Shown: piece after piece, positions 55,956 through 64,000 of the stretch
Position numbering within the stretch: position 1 is the stretch's first letter
How the letters are laid out: each line of letters starts with the position of its first letter
From: an uncultured archaeon
GTDB taxonomy: Archaea > Iainarchaeota > Iainarchaeia > Iainarchaeales > GCA-2688035
Reading direction: 5' to 3'
DNA length: 64,000 nt
Assembly (NCBI GenBank): GCA_964354805.1
Contig: CAYHBD010000009.1
Location: 91,538-155,537 of the forward strand
Notes under the pieces: generated by a model
The model's input: only the letters and a program-made list of their open reading frames with translations
What the model was told of the DNA's origin: nothing
Database searches by the model: none
Translations under genes and position numbers: made by a program

Positions 55956-56237
55956 ATGGCTGCGAATAAACCTGCATTTCACGGGATTACAAAATCAAGT
56001 ATGCACAATGTTGGTGGCGGCAGGCGCAGAGGAGGCACCAGAGGAGTCAGCGTTTACAAAAACGTGGTCATACTAAAGCCAGGGCAGAGAATAGTTTACA
56101 GATCAAGCTGCCCGCATAGCATTGTGGACGCAAAAGGGAGAACAATTAGACTTTTCAAGGAGTGGGCATTAACAGCAAGGAAAAAGATAAGCAGGCAAGG
56201 GGGTAATAAACCCACGTCGATGAGTGAAGAGGTATAA
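55956..56237 (+). CDS. Hypothetical small basic protein
   Basis: 93 aa, Arg/Gly-rich N-terminus. No confident family assignment. Confidence 0.3.
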   Translation: MAANKPAFHGITKSSMHNVGGGRRRGGTRGVSVYKNVVILKPGQRIVYRSSCPHSIVDAKGRTIRLFKEWALTARKKISRQGGNKPTSMSEEV

Positions 56238-56250
56238 AAGGGCCAAAAAA

Positions 56251-56362
56251 TTATTCTCCCATCAATTCCTTTTCCAAAACAGCCCTGAGTTTTTTTGTGC
56301 CGAAGGTTTTATTCTCCCATCAGCTCTTTTTCCAGCACAGCTCTTAATTTTTTCGCATCGAA
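56251..56362 (-). repeat. Duplicate of the orc1/cdc6 3' end (17 codons plus stop) immediately downstream of the gene
   Basis: Gene FDAKKLRAVLEKELMGE-stop versus copy FGTKKLRAVLEKELMGE-stop. 12 nt differences in 54 nt, 8 of them synonymous. Similarity ends exactly at the stop codons. Confidence 0.8.
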
Positions 56363-57634
56363 CCCGAGCTTTATGAGCGTGGTTGCTCCCCTTACTCCTT
56401 TTCCGCTTGCTGTTGTCAAAAGCAGCCCGTATGTGTCCAATTCATTGATGTATTCCCTGAACCATCTGCTGCTTACAACGCTTTCGTTCAGGGAGAGAGC
56501 AATGCGCTTGTATTCGTTGTAGATGTCACCGCTGCAGAAAACGCCTTCCTCGCTTTGGCCTGAACCTGTTATTCTCTGCATTCCTTTTCCCTGTGTTGTG
56601 AGCAGGGAAATCGCGTACAACACCAGCTGCTGCTGCTTTGGCAGGGTTGCAACCATGTTAAGGATGATTTCCTGTTCAACGCTTGTCTTTGCCTTTCTTA
56701 CCATGACATCAGTTACCTCGCTGAATTGCATTTTGTCCGCCTCTTCTCCGGCTCTAAGAAGCAGCATTATTGCTGTTCTTGCATCCCCTGTTTCCTGCGC
56801 TGCGATTGCGGATGCGAGGTTGATTGCGCTGCTGCTTACAGCGCCGGGCCTGAATGCCTTTGCAATCCTTTCCTGTAGGATTGCCTTGAGCTCTTCAGCG
56901 TTGTAAGGCGGGAAAACCATTTCTTTTTCCAAGAGTGCGCTTTTTGTTCTTGCATCAAGGCGCTCTTTGAAGAAAAGGTTGTTGCTTATTCCAAGGATGC
57001 TGATGCTACCGAATGGCAGCTCGTCGTTTGCCCTTGTAAGCGAGTAAACCAGTTCGTCCAAATCCTTGGCTTTGTCTATTTCATCCAGCACAATGATGAG
57101 GTTCTTTCCTTTTTCAGATGCCGCCTGCAGCAGTTTTTCGAACACAAAGGAAGCGCTGTATCCAATGAAGTCCTCTTTTGGATGGAATTTCTGCATTGCC
57201 TTGAGCAGAACCTTATATTTGCTGTTGTGGTTTCTGCAGTTAACGAAAGCGAAGTCAACTGGCGAATTGCTTTGCTCAATGAATTGCTGCAATTGCTGCA
57301 ATACGTGCTTTACAGTGACTGTTTTTCCTGTTCCGACTTTTCCGTAAATGAAAACATTGTCTGCTTTTTTCCCCTGCAGAGTTGCAGCAAGCGCTGTGCT
57401 GATTTGCTCGATCTGCTTTTGCCTGAATGGCAGGGCATCAGGGACATAGTGCGGGGAAATAATGTTTTTATCCAGAAAAACAGTGTGCTTTGTGATAAAC
57501 TGCTGGAAAATGTTCTGCTGCGGAAATGTTTCGTCCTGTAGTGAAACAATTTTTTTCTGCTGCAGCAATGTTTCGTTCTGCGCTGAAACAATTTTCTGCC
57601 CCAGTCCCACCAATGTCTGCTGTGCCACACCCAT
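56309..57634 (-). CDS. cdc6: Orc1/Cdc6 replication initiator (AAA+ and winged helix); the N-terminus contains an in-frame tandem 14-aa repeat and the true start is possibly internal
   Basis: FIYGKVGTGKTVTV Walker A, IVLDEID Walker B, a sensor region, and a C-terminal wHTH. An AT-rich candidate origin lies immediately upstream (57635..57980). Confidence 0.85.
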   Translation of the reverse strand: MGVAQQTLVGLGQKIVSAQNETLLQQKKIVSLQDETFPQQNIFQQFITKHTVFLDKNIISPHYVPDALPFRQKQIEQISTALAATLQGKKADNVFIYGKVGTGKTVTVKHVLQQLQQFIEQSNSPVDFAFVNCRNHNSKYKVLLKAMQKFHPKEDFIGYSASFVFEKLLQAASEKGKNLIIVLDEIDKAKDLDELVYSLTRANDELPFGSISILGISNNLFFKERLDARTKSALLEKEMVFPPYNAEELKAILQERIAKAFRPGAVSSSAINLASAIAAQETGDARTAIMLLLRAGEEADKMQFSEVTDVMVRKAKTSVEQEIILNMVATLPKQQQLVLYAISLLTTQGKGMQRITGSGQSEEGVFCSGDIYNEYKRIALSLNESVVSSRWFREYINELDTYGLLLTTASGKGVRGATTLIKLGFDAKKLRAVLEKELMGE

Positions 57635-57980
57635 TTGAACCCCGCCTGATTGTTGATTTGTTCAAAAAACAATTGAACCAAAAAAATCCCTTAAATTTTT
57701 TCCTTTTAAAAGGTTTAATTCAATTGAAAAAATCGCTTTTTATTTTTTAAATGAATTTAAGAAATTGGGAGCATAATATTATTGGCTGTTGTTTTAAAAA
57801 AAGGGAGGGCTTTCAAAAGCAAACCATCCTGCTGCCAAAAATTTGCTTTCCTTACCGAAAAAAATTATTTTTCCGCAGCAAATTGTTATGTAGGATTGCA
57901 GAATACTATTTAAAAAAGTGTTTGTAAGGGAAATACTATAACTAAAATTATTTAAAAAAAACCGGGGGTGTAGTAATTTT
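57635..57980. other. Candidate replication origin (oriC): a ~345-bp AT-rich intergenic region directly upstream of orc1/cdc6, next to polD DP1/DP2
   Basis: The window's longest AT-rich non-coding stretch, with inverted repeats (ttgttcaaaaaacaattgaacc; caattgaa) and G-strings (aaaaaagggaggg; ccgggggtg) reminiscent of ORB/mini-ORB elements. The oriC-cdc6-polD gene order matches Pyrococcus-type origins. Confidence 0.45.
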
Positions 57981-58340
57981 ATGGCTCTTTTGGAAAAAGT
58001 CCTAAAAAAATCAGACGCGCTTGACATGGAGGACTTCCTGAACAACTTGGACAAGGAAGACGAAACAATGTACGAGGACGCCGACGCTTTTGTTAAGCCA
58101 TTCACTCTTGCGGCAGACGCCGACGCGGACATTGTCATAAACGAGGCAAAAGCCGGAAACATTGTCCTGCTGAATATCGGCGATTTAAGCAAGAGAAACG
58201 CGATAAAACTGAAGGAAATGGTTTCAAAAATAAGAGACGGCGTATACTCAATGAACGGAGACATAGCAAGAATAAGCCAAGACAGGGTCCTGATAACGCC
58301 AACCAGAGTAAAAATAGTTAAAAAGAGAGGGGCCCAGTAA
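57981..58340 (+). CDS. sepF: SepF-like cell division protein (DUF552)
   Basis: 119 aa. ...ADADIVINEAKAGNIVLLNIGDLSKRNAIKLKEMVSKIRDGVYSMNGDIARISQDRVLITP matches the SepF core fold signature. Confidence 0.6.
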   Translation: MALLEKVLKKSDALDMEDFLNNLDKEDETMYEDADAFVKPFTLAADADADIVINEAKAGNIVLLNIGDLSKRNAIKLKEMVSKIRDGVYSMNGDIARISQDRVLITPTRVKIVKKRGAQ

Positions 58341-58390
58341 AGGGTTAGGGGAAACATTTTTTATTCCCTCAACTCCAAATATTTTTATAT

Positions 58391-58702
58391 ATGGTACTGC
58401 AAACCCCCTCATTTTCTATTTCAGAAAAAGCACCTGAGCCTACGGCAGAATCGCCCGAGAGAAAAAAAGGCAGCATTGAAATAATAAAAGAAACACTGCA
58501 AGAGCTCAAACAGCCAAGCGCCTGGCTGCGCTACACAAAAGAAATCGCCGCAGGCGTGGCAGGCAAAGCTGTTGCGCAAGGAAAAAAAGGCAGCAAGGGA
58601 GAAAAAAAGCACTTCTGGCAACTGCTGCAAAAACCCAGCTTCTGGATAACAATTGCGCTGCTGATTATTCTGGCAATAGTGCTTGCATGGATTTATTTAT
58701 AA
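58391..58702 (+). CDS. Hypothetical tail-anchored membrane protein
   Basis: Soluble charged N-terminus and a single C-terminal TM (FWITIALLIILAIVLAWIYL). The track's minus-strand U32-like ORF (58665..59483) overlaps its 3' end by ~38 nt, but that ORF's N-terminus is uncertain. Confidence 0.3.
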   Translation: MVLQTPSFSISEKAPEPTAESPERKKGSIEIIKETLQELKQPSAWLRYTKEIAAGVAGKAVAQGKKGSKGEKKHFWQLLQKPSFWITIALLIILAIVLAWIYL

Positions 58703-59483
58703 CCAGCCTGTCAATCCCCTTCAGCAGCAATTCTTTTTCCTTCGGCAATTTGTTGTTTTGGAAAAAAATCGCATTGCCGAACAAATAAAGCTGCGTTGGA
58801 AAGAAAGAATTGGTTAATTTGAACTGGTAAAGCCTGCACTCTTTATTGCAAGGGAAAACGCCGATTTTGCCGTGAAAAGAAATTTTATCACAGTTTGCAG
58901 CAAGACACAAACGAGTTGCTGAAACAAAGCAAAAAGGAAAGTAAAGGGAGCAGCGCAGCCTGCTCTTGCCCAAATTGGTGGCAATGCCCTGCGCCAAGTT
59001 ATCCAACTCAACCCTGGCAACACCATTCTGCTGCAAAAACTTTTGGAAATGACTATTTGCAGCATGGCTCTGCATTAAGTGTGCGTAGAATTCCTTTGGA
59101 ACTTTGGCTTTGAATGACGAAATCCTTGGGTCCCTGTACTGCCTGTTCAGCAGCCTGCCTGCAATCAGGGTTGCCTTGCTTTCTTTTGCAGCGTGCAGCA
59201 AGCCGTAATCGTTTACAACCAGCTCATCGCGCTCTGAAAGCATCTCTGCAAGAGGCAGAACAGAGCGCATTCCTGCATTTGTCAAAAAAGGCGTTACAAA
59301 AGAAAAACCGATTTCGTTCGCAGCACAAAAATTTTTAACAAAAAGGAAATCCTTTTTGGTTGGCAACAATCGTTCACAAAATTCAGCGCCGAAATAAATT
59401 CTATTAAATGATTTATCCCACTGGCGCAATTGCACCTTATTTTCTACAAACAAAGCTTTCTCAATGCCCTTCATATTTTCCAC
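58665..59483 (-). CDS. Peptidase U32-family paralog (UbiV/RlhA-like partner); N-terminus uncertain
   Basis: RIYFGAEFCERL N-terminal U32-like motif with several conserved Cys. It overlaps the upstream U32 gene by 13 nt, suggesting a co-translated pair. Confidence 0.45.
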   Translation of the reverse strand: MENMKGIEKALFVENKVQLRQWDKSFNRIYFGAEFCERLLPTKKDFLFVKNFCAANEIGFSFVTPFLTNAGMRSVLPLAEMLSERDELVVNDYGLLHAAKESKATLIAGRLLNRQYRDPRISSFKAKVPKEFYAHLMQSHAANSHFQKFLQQNGVARVELDNLAQGIATNLGKSRLRCSLYFPFCFVSATRLCLAANCDKISFHGKIGVFPCNKECRLYQFKLTNSFFPTQLYLFGNAIFFQNNKLPKEKELLLKGIDRLVINKSMQALLPE

Positions 59484-60490
59484 TTCCCTGCGCTCGGGTA
59501 ATAGCAGTTATTGCACTCGCAGGCCCTGTGATACAAATCAAAGTAAAGCCTGCCTGCCTCTTCCGCGAATTTTTTTGCAGGCAACTTTTTTGCATGCGAA
59601 GCGTTTTTTCGCAAGCCTTTTGTTAAAAGGCTTAAAGCAATCCCCTCTTTCACGGCAGCAATGTCCGCAATCTTTTTCTGCAGGCTGTTTGCCCTGCCTG
59701 CAATCTTCACTGAATCAACGCCGGCTTTGAGAAAAAAGGGCAAAGCGCACAAGCCGCAGTCATTATAGACAGTGTTGCACCAGACCTTTGCGTGCGCTGC
59801 AGCAATCTCCTTCTTGCAGGGAGCAGCGTTTCCCAGAACGCTTACAGAATAATTCATCCTGCACGCGAGAGGTTGCATTGGCAATTGCTGGCTTGGCTCA
59901 ACAATGTGCTGGAAAGAGCACAAGCCGTCAATGAAAGGGCAGATTGCATTCAAAACAAAGCACTCTGTTTCCAAGCCAAACCTTTTCGCCTGCCTTGAAA
60001 GCTGCACTGCTTCATTAACAGCCAAATGCCTTGGAAGAACAATTCGCTGAACGCCGAGCTGCTTGAAGAAATGCAGGGAATTGCTGTTGAAGCAGGGCTG
60101 CCCTGTGCTCAAAGAAATTTTTGCACCAGGAAACTTTTCCCGAGCCAACTGAATTAGAACAGGGTCTGCAATTATCAGCCCAGCTGCTCCGGCAGCAAGA
60201 GCTTGCTTAACATAGCGCAAAACAATTGGCATCTGTTCCTGGCTGTAAAAATGCGCGTTGAATGCAGCAAAAACTGGCACATTGCGCTTTTCAGCTGTTC
60301 TCACCGCGAGGCGCAATTCATTGAAAGAGGAAAGGTTCGCTGCCTTGTCATGCCTCAGGTTTATGCTCCCAACGAAAGTGAAGCGCTTTGCCCAATCAGG
60401 GGTCATAACGCCACAGTATAATTCGTTTGCCCCTGCTTCAATCAGGGGCAGCACTTCTGCACTGCTTGCAAAGGGAGAAAGTATTTGCAT
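59471..60490 (-). CDS. Peptidase U32-family protein (Fe-S dependent hydroxylase-type U32, UbiU/RlhA/TrhP-like)
   Basis: GANELYCGV...RF N-terminal U32 signature, a TIM-barrel-like alternation, and a conserved Cys cluster (CPFIDGLC...C). Confidence 0.6.
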   Translation of the reverse strand: MQILSPFASSAEVLPLIEAGANELYCGVMTPDWAKRFTFVGSINLRHDKAANLSSFNELRLAVRTAEKRNVPVFAAFNAHFYSQEQMPIVLRYVKQALAAGAAGLIIADPVLIQLAREKFPGAKISLSTGQPCFNSNSLHFFKQLGVQRIVLPRHLAVNEAVQLSRQAKRFGLETECFVLNAICPFIDGLCSFQHIVEPSQQLPMQPLACRMNYSVSVLGNAAPCKKEIAAAHAKVWCNTVYNDCGLCALPFFLKAGVDSVKIAGRANSLQKKIADIAAVKEGIALSLLTKGLRKNASHAKKLPAKKFAEEAGRLYFDLYHRACECNNCYYPSAGKWKI

Positions 60491-60502
60491 AATACAAATT
60501 AA

Positions 60503-61873
60503 TTGATAGAAATCACTTATAATCCTTTTTGGAAAAGAAATAATACTATGGTTATTGATATTTCAGCGCAGGAATTGCTTGAACTGCGCAAAGCAGGCAT
60601 TGAAAAAAATCCCAGGGACCACGACTTTGTTTACAGGTATCCGCCGAGCGACAAAATGCCTTTCATTGATTTGAAGCGATTTATCGGCAATTTGGAGGGG
60701 GCAGATTTTGCCAAAGAGGAAATTGCTTTTTATTTGCACCTGCCATTCTGCACAAAAATCTGCTCATACTGCCACTACAGCAAGCAGCTGGCAGTGAGCA
60801 AAGAAATCGAATTATACGCGGAAGCGGTAAAAAAAGAAATGTCCGGTTACAGGGAATTAATCAAGGGAGAAATTAAACTGAACAGCGTTTTCTTCGGGGG
60901 TGGAACCCCGACAGTGTTGAAAGCAGAGCAGCTAAGCGAGTTATTGCAATCACTTTCAACAACATTTGACTTGAATCTGGAAAAAAAAGAAATTTCGATT
61001 GAATCAAGCCCGGAAACACTTGGAGAAGAGAAACTTTTTGCGTTAAGGGAAGCGGGATTCAACAGGCTCAGCATCGGAGCGCAGGATTTCGATGATGCTG
61101 TGTTAAAGCAGTGCAACAGAAATCACGGCACTAAGCAGGCGCTGCAGGCATTTGATTCGGCGAGAAGCGCAGGCTTCCAAAACATTAACATCGATTTGTT
61201 GTACGGGCTGCCAGGGCAGACAATTGAATCATGGGAGCAGACAATGCAGCAAATCAGCGAACTAAAACCTGAAAGCGTTACTGCATCTGATTTGCGCATT
61301 CTGCCAGGCGCAAAATTCTACAGCACAGATGAAATTTTTCCAAGCACTGGGCAAATGGTTGAAATGTATTCTTTGTTTGCTGAAAAAATGCTGTCAATGC
61401 ATTACATCCAGCAGTTCCCATACCAGTTCGTCAAGCCGGGCAGGGAAATGGCTTTCCTCGAACAACAGTGGAGCAATGGCAGCTTTCTTGGAATAGGGCA
61501 AAGCAGCTGCTCTTTCATAGCGAAATGGGACTACAACAATGCTTTCCCGCTGAAAAAATACTGTGAAGCAATTACTGACAACAAAATTTCCGCTGCAATG
61601 GGAAAAAAGCTGAGCAAAAAAGAGGAAATGATTAGGTTTGCTGCGCTCGGGCTGAAAAAGTGCGGCATTAACAGGGAGCAAAGCGGGATAAACAAGGCTA
61701 CATTTAAGAAAAAATTCGGCATTGAAATCGAAGGGGCATTCAAAGAACAAATTGAAAAACTGCTGGCATTGGGATTAATTGAAAACAAAGGTGATTGGCT
61801 GCGCCTGAGCGGGAAAGGCCTGTTCTTCCACGATGAAATTGGGAAGCGGTTTTTTGAATTTTCCAAAAACTAG
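60503..61873 (+). CDS. Radical SAM protein of the HemN/HemW (oxygen-independent coproporphyrinogen oxidase-like) family
   Basis: LHLPFCTKICSYCHY (CX3CX2C), VFFGGGTP, and a HemN C-terminal-like domain. Divergent from the U32 pair with only ~12 nt between the annotated starts. Confidence 0.75.
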   Translation: MIEITYNPFWKRNNTMVIDISAQELLELRKAGIEKNPRDHDFVYRYPPSDKMPFIDLKRFIGNLEGADFAKEEIAFYLHLPFCTKICSYCHYSKQLAVSKEIELYAEAVKKEMSGYRELIKGEIKLNSVFFGGGTPTVLKAEQLSELLQSLSTTFDLNLEKKEISIESSPETLGEEKLFALREAGFNRLSIGAQDFDDAVLKQCNRNHGTKQALQAFDSARSAGFQNINIDLLYGLPGQTIESWEQTMQQISELKPESVTASDLRILPGAKFYSTDEIFPSTGQMVEMYSLFAEKMLSMHYIQQFPYQFVKPGREMAFLEQQWSNGSFLGIGQSSCSFIAKWDYNNAFPLKKYCEAITDNKISAAMGKKLSKKEEMIRFAALGLKKCGINREQSGINKATFKKKFGIEIEGAFKEQIEKLLALGLIENKGDWLRLSGKGLFFHDEIGKRFFEFSKN

Positions 61874-63840
61874 CTTAAATCAGATATTGTTATTTCCTTT
61901 ATTTCTTGCCCGCTTGCGTTAAAAAACTTGACCCTGTGCTGCTCCATGTCAGTAACTGCAATTAAGCTGCCTGAAGAGGCAACCTCCAAAATGCTGAGTT
62001 CCTGCAGGCTTGAGCCAAAACTGCCGAATGATGAGAATTTTTCGGTTTCGATGTCAACTGCCACGACTTTCCTGTTCCTGTTGTCGCAGAATAACAGCCT
62101 GCCTGCATTGTCCAAAGCAAGGCTCTCGTTGAACTCCACATTGACCCCGACTGCCTCGTCAATGCCGGAAATGGTTTTCAATTTTTGCAGGCCTGAATCA
62201 AAGATTTCTATTGTAGCCTCTTTGTCATCTGTGATGTAAACCTTTCCGCCTTGCGCAAGAACTCCCAATGGCAGTGTTATGCCCTGCCCTTCGCCAATCT
62301 CTCCAGTCTTGTTTCCCTGCTGGTTAAAAATGAGCACCTTTTTGTATTTGTCATCCACAACAAAAATTTCGCCCTGTTCCGAAACAGAGATTGCAAGCGG
62401 CCAGATTAGCTCGCTGTCTGTTATTGTACTGAGGTAACCATATTCCGGCGAAAACACCTGCACCCTCCTGTTTCCGGAATCAGAAACATACAGCTTGCCA
62501 TCAGGCCCAAAGGCAAGCCCTTTTGGCGTGTTGAATTGGCTGTTGCCAAAGCCCTTGCCCCCGATTGTTTTTTTCAGGTTGTATTTCGAATCAAGCACAA
62601 AAACCTTGTTGTTCATGGGATCTGAAAAGGCAATGTCTGCTTTTGGGGAAATCGCTGGATAGAATGGCGCGAAAGAAACACTGAATTGCTGCTCTATTCC
62701 GGCAACCATCTTCTCAAAGCCCAGGCTGTTGTTGAGGACCTGAATCCTGTTGTTGCCCTCTTCAACAACAAAAATGTTTCCCTCTGAATCGAGTTTTAGG
62801 GCTCTTGCATTGTAGAACTGCAGCTCGCCCCTGCCCAAGCCACCAACCTCTTTTATAAGCGAGCCTTGCTGGTCAAGCTGCTTGAGCTTGCTGTCTGCAT
62901 TGTCAAAAACAAGGATTTTGCCGTCTGCAGCAACGGCAATTCCTACCGGCATGGAAAGTCCGGCTGAAATGCTTTTTACAAGATTCAGCCCTGAATCAAA
63001 AACCTGGATTCTGCCATTGCCGCTGTCTGCAACAAAAAGGCTTTCTCCAGAAAGGGCAATCTGCCTTGGAATATTCAAGGCATTCTGGCTGCTGCCTGAA
63101 ACAGATTTTAACAGCTTTAGGCTGGAATCAAAAACGCAGATTGCATTGCTGACCTCGTCTGCCACAAAAATCTTGCCATCGGAAGAAACAGCAATTGAAG
63201 CAGCGCCGCCATCGGCATTTGGCGGGTCAGGCAGCTTTGGCAAAGCCTGAATAGCATCAGCTGAAAAGCCCAGCGTCTTCTCGAAAACCAGGTCTTTGCT
63301 AAAAACCTGTATTCTTGGGACCCTGTCCAAAACATAAACTTTGCCATTTGCAATAGCGATTGAGGCAGGGAACAACAGCTTGTCATCTGTAACTCCGCCG
63401 CTTTCAGCTGTCCAGCCGCCATCAGGCGTCTGCACCAGCGTTTCCCCAAAGTTCTTTATGTAATTGAATAGTGAATCGTAAAGAATTATCCTGTGCCTCA
63501 TTTCGTCAAGCACATAAACGTTTCCGCTGCCATGGTCAATCGCAATATCCGAAATTGAAACAGGAAGGACATAAGCCGGGTCATCAGGCTGCACTGAAGG
63601 GCATGCCGCAGGGCAAACGCCGCCGCAGTCAATGCCTTGCTCCCCTGCATCCAAAACCCCATTCTCGCAGGAAGACGGCGGAATAATCGGGATCTGCGTA
63701 AGCAGAAGGAAAGCCCCTGCCAAAACCAGAATTACAACTATGGCAATCGGCAGCGCAAAGCGCTTTTTCCCCTTTTCTTTCCTTTCAGCTGATTTAACAG
63801 CTTCGGCAATGCCTGAAACAATCTCCTGCTTTTCAACCAT
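61870..63840 (-). CDS. Secreted/membrane-anchored NHL-repeat (six-bladed beta-propeller) protein with an N-terminal Cys mini-module
   Basis: N-terminal TM (ALPIAIVVILVLAGAFLLL), then CENGVLDAGEQGIDCGGVCPAAC. Multiple NHL-like repeats (GNGRIQVFD, NNRIQVLN, GNRRVQVF, DNRNRKVVAVD). Confidence 0.65.
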   Translation of the reverse strand: MVEKQEIVSGIAEAVKSAERKEKGKKRFALPIAIVVILVLAGAFLLLTQIPIIPPSSCENGVLDAGEQGIDCGGVCPAACPSVQPDDPAYVLPVSISDIAIDHGSGNVYVLDEMRHRIILYDSLFNYIKNFGETLVQTPDGGWTAESGGVTDDKLLFPASIAIANGKVYVLDRVPRIQVFSKDLVFEKTLGFSADAIQALPKLPDPPNADGGAASIAVSSDGKIFVADEVSNAICVFDSSLKLLKSVSGSSQNALNIPRQIALSGESLFVADSGNGRIQVFDSGLNLVKSISAGLSMPVGIAVAADGKILVFDNADSKLKQLDQQGSLIKEVGGLGRGELQFYNARALKLDSEGNIFVVEEGNNRIQVLNNSLGFEKMVAGIEQQFSVSFAPFYPAISPKADIAFSDPMNNKVFVLDSKYNLKKTIGGKGFGNSQFNTPKGLAFGPDGKLYVSDSGNRRVQVFSPEYGYLSTITDSELIWPLAISVSEQGEIFVVDDKYKKVLIFNQQGNKTGEIGEGQGITLPLGVLAQGGKVYITDDKEATIEIFDSGLQKLKTISGIDEAVGVNVEFNESLALDNAGRLLFCDNRNRKVVAVDIETEKFSSFGSFGSSLQELSILEVASSGSLIAVTDMEQHRVKFFNASGQEIKEITISDLS

Positions 63841-64000
63841 AAATGCACCTGATTAATTTGATACTAAATAACAGTTTTGTTATATTTATTTATTGCCCTT
63901 CTGGGGTTTGTGCAGGTTTTCGTAAGGAGACATAAAATTTGGGGGTGGTATTTTGTGATTTTTTCTACCGCCCGTTTTTGTTTATAATTTTTTGTAAATT

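Noticed and set aside
1-64000. tRNA, rRNA, RNase P and SRP RNA genes
   Set aside because: A by-eye scan for T-arm/GTTCRAATC-type motifs and rRNA-conserved blocks in the non-coding gaps found nothing convincing. A proper scan with tRNAscan-SE/Infernal is needed before concluding they are absent.

Overview
Archaeal chromosomal segment on a compact, single-strand-biased backbone. Lineage is uncertain; a DPANN-like or small-genome archaeon is plausible.

Core content:
- Translation and transcription cluster at 1..5.3 kb: aIF5B C-terminus, S6e, aIF2-gamma, PIN protein, RpoE', Spt4, S24e, S27ae.
- t6A genes scattered across the window: sua5/yrdC, kae1 and bud32, unfused.
- Heat-shock block: divergent wHTH regulator, then grpE-dnaK-dnaJ.
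- Other housekeeping: ValRS, S15, S3Ae, SppA, CDP-archaeol synthase, an archaeosortase/exosortase-family protein, SecF-SecD, Nog1-like GTPase.
- Replication module: PolD DP1 and DP2, Orc1/Cdc6 on the minus strand, and an AT-rich candidate oriC beside it, followed by a SepF-like gene.

Accessory content:
- An AT-rich island (8.8..11.1 kb) of four hypothetical genes, abutting a kae1 gene whose 5' motif is interrupted by a 21-nt insert carrying an in-frame TAG.
- A VapBC pair and an AbiE-like wHTH plus nucleotidyltransferase pair.
- A 1189-aa beta-helix/LamG surface protein and an NHL-repeat protein.
- Five paralogous secreted proteins: one at 30.6 kb and four in tandem at 42.2..50.3 kb. Their enzymatic/adhesive cores differ, but they share a promoter/5' element, Cys-rich CGNxxCExGETxxCPxDC mini-modules, and a conserved ~38-aa C-terminal tail (consensus ECVDxxKLVGYIPQWKRGEISMLTLMQKMxxxKAGTGCPQ). 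I do not recognise this tail as any described sorting signal.

The strongest single observation is a recurrent pattern at gene ends. The last ~10-18 codons plus stop codon of orc1, valS, spt4 and the grpE-divergent regulator are duplicated in tandem just downstream, and the 5' end of rpoE is duplicated upstream. The extragenic copies have diverged almost only at synonymous sites; they are fossil gene tails shaped by coding constraint. No rRNA, tRNA or CRISPR was detected by eye.
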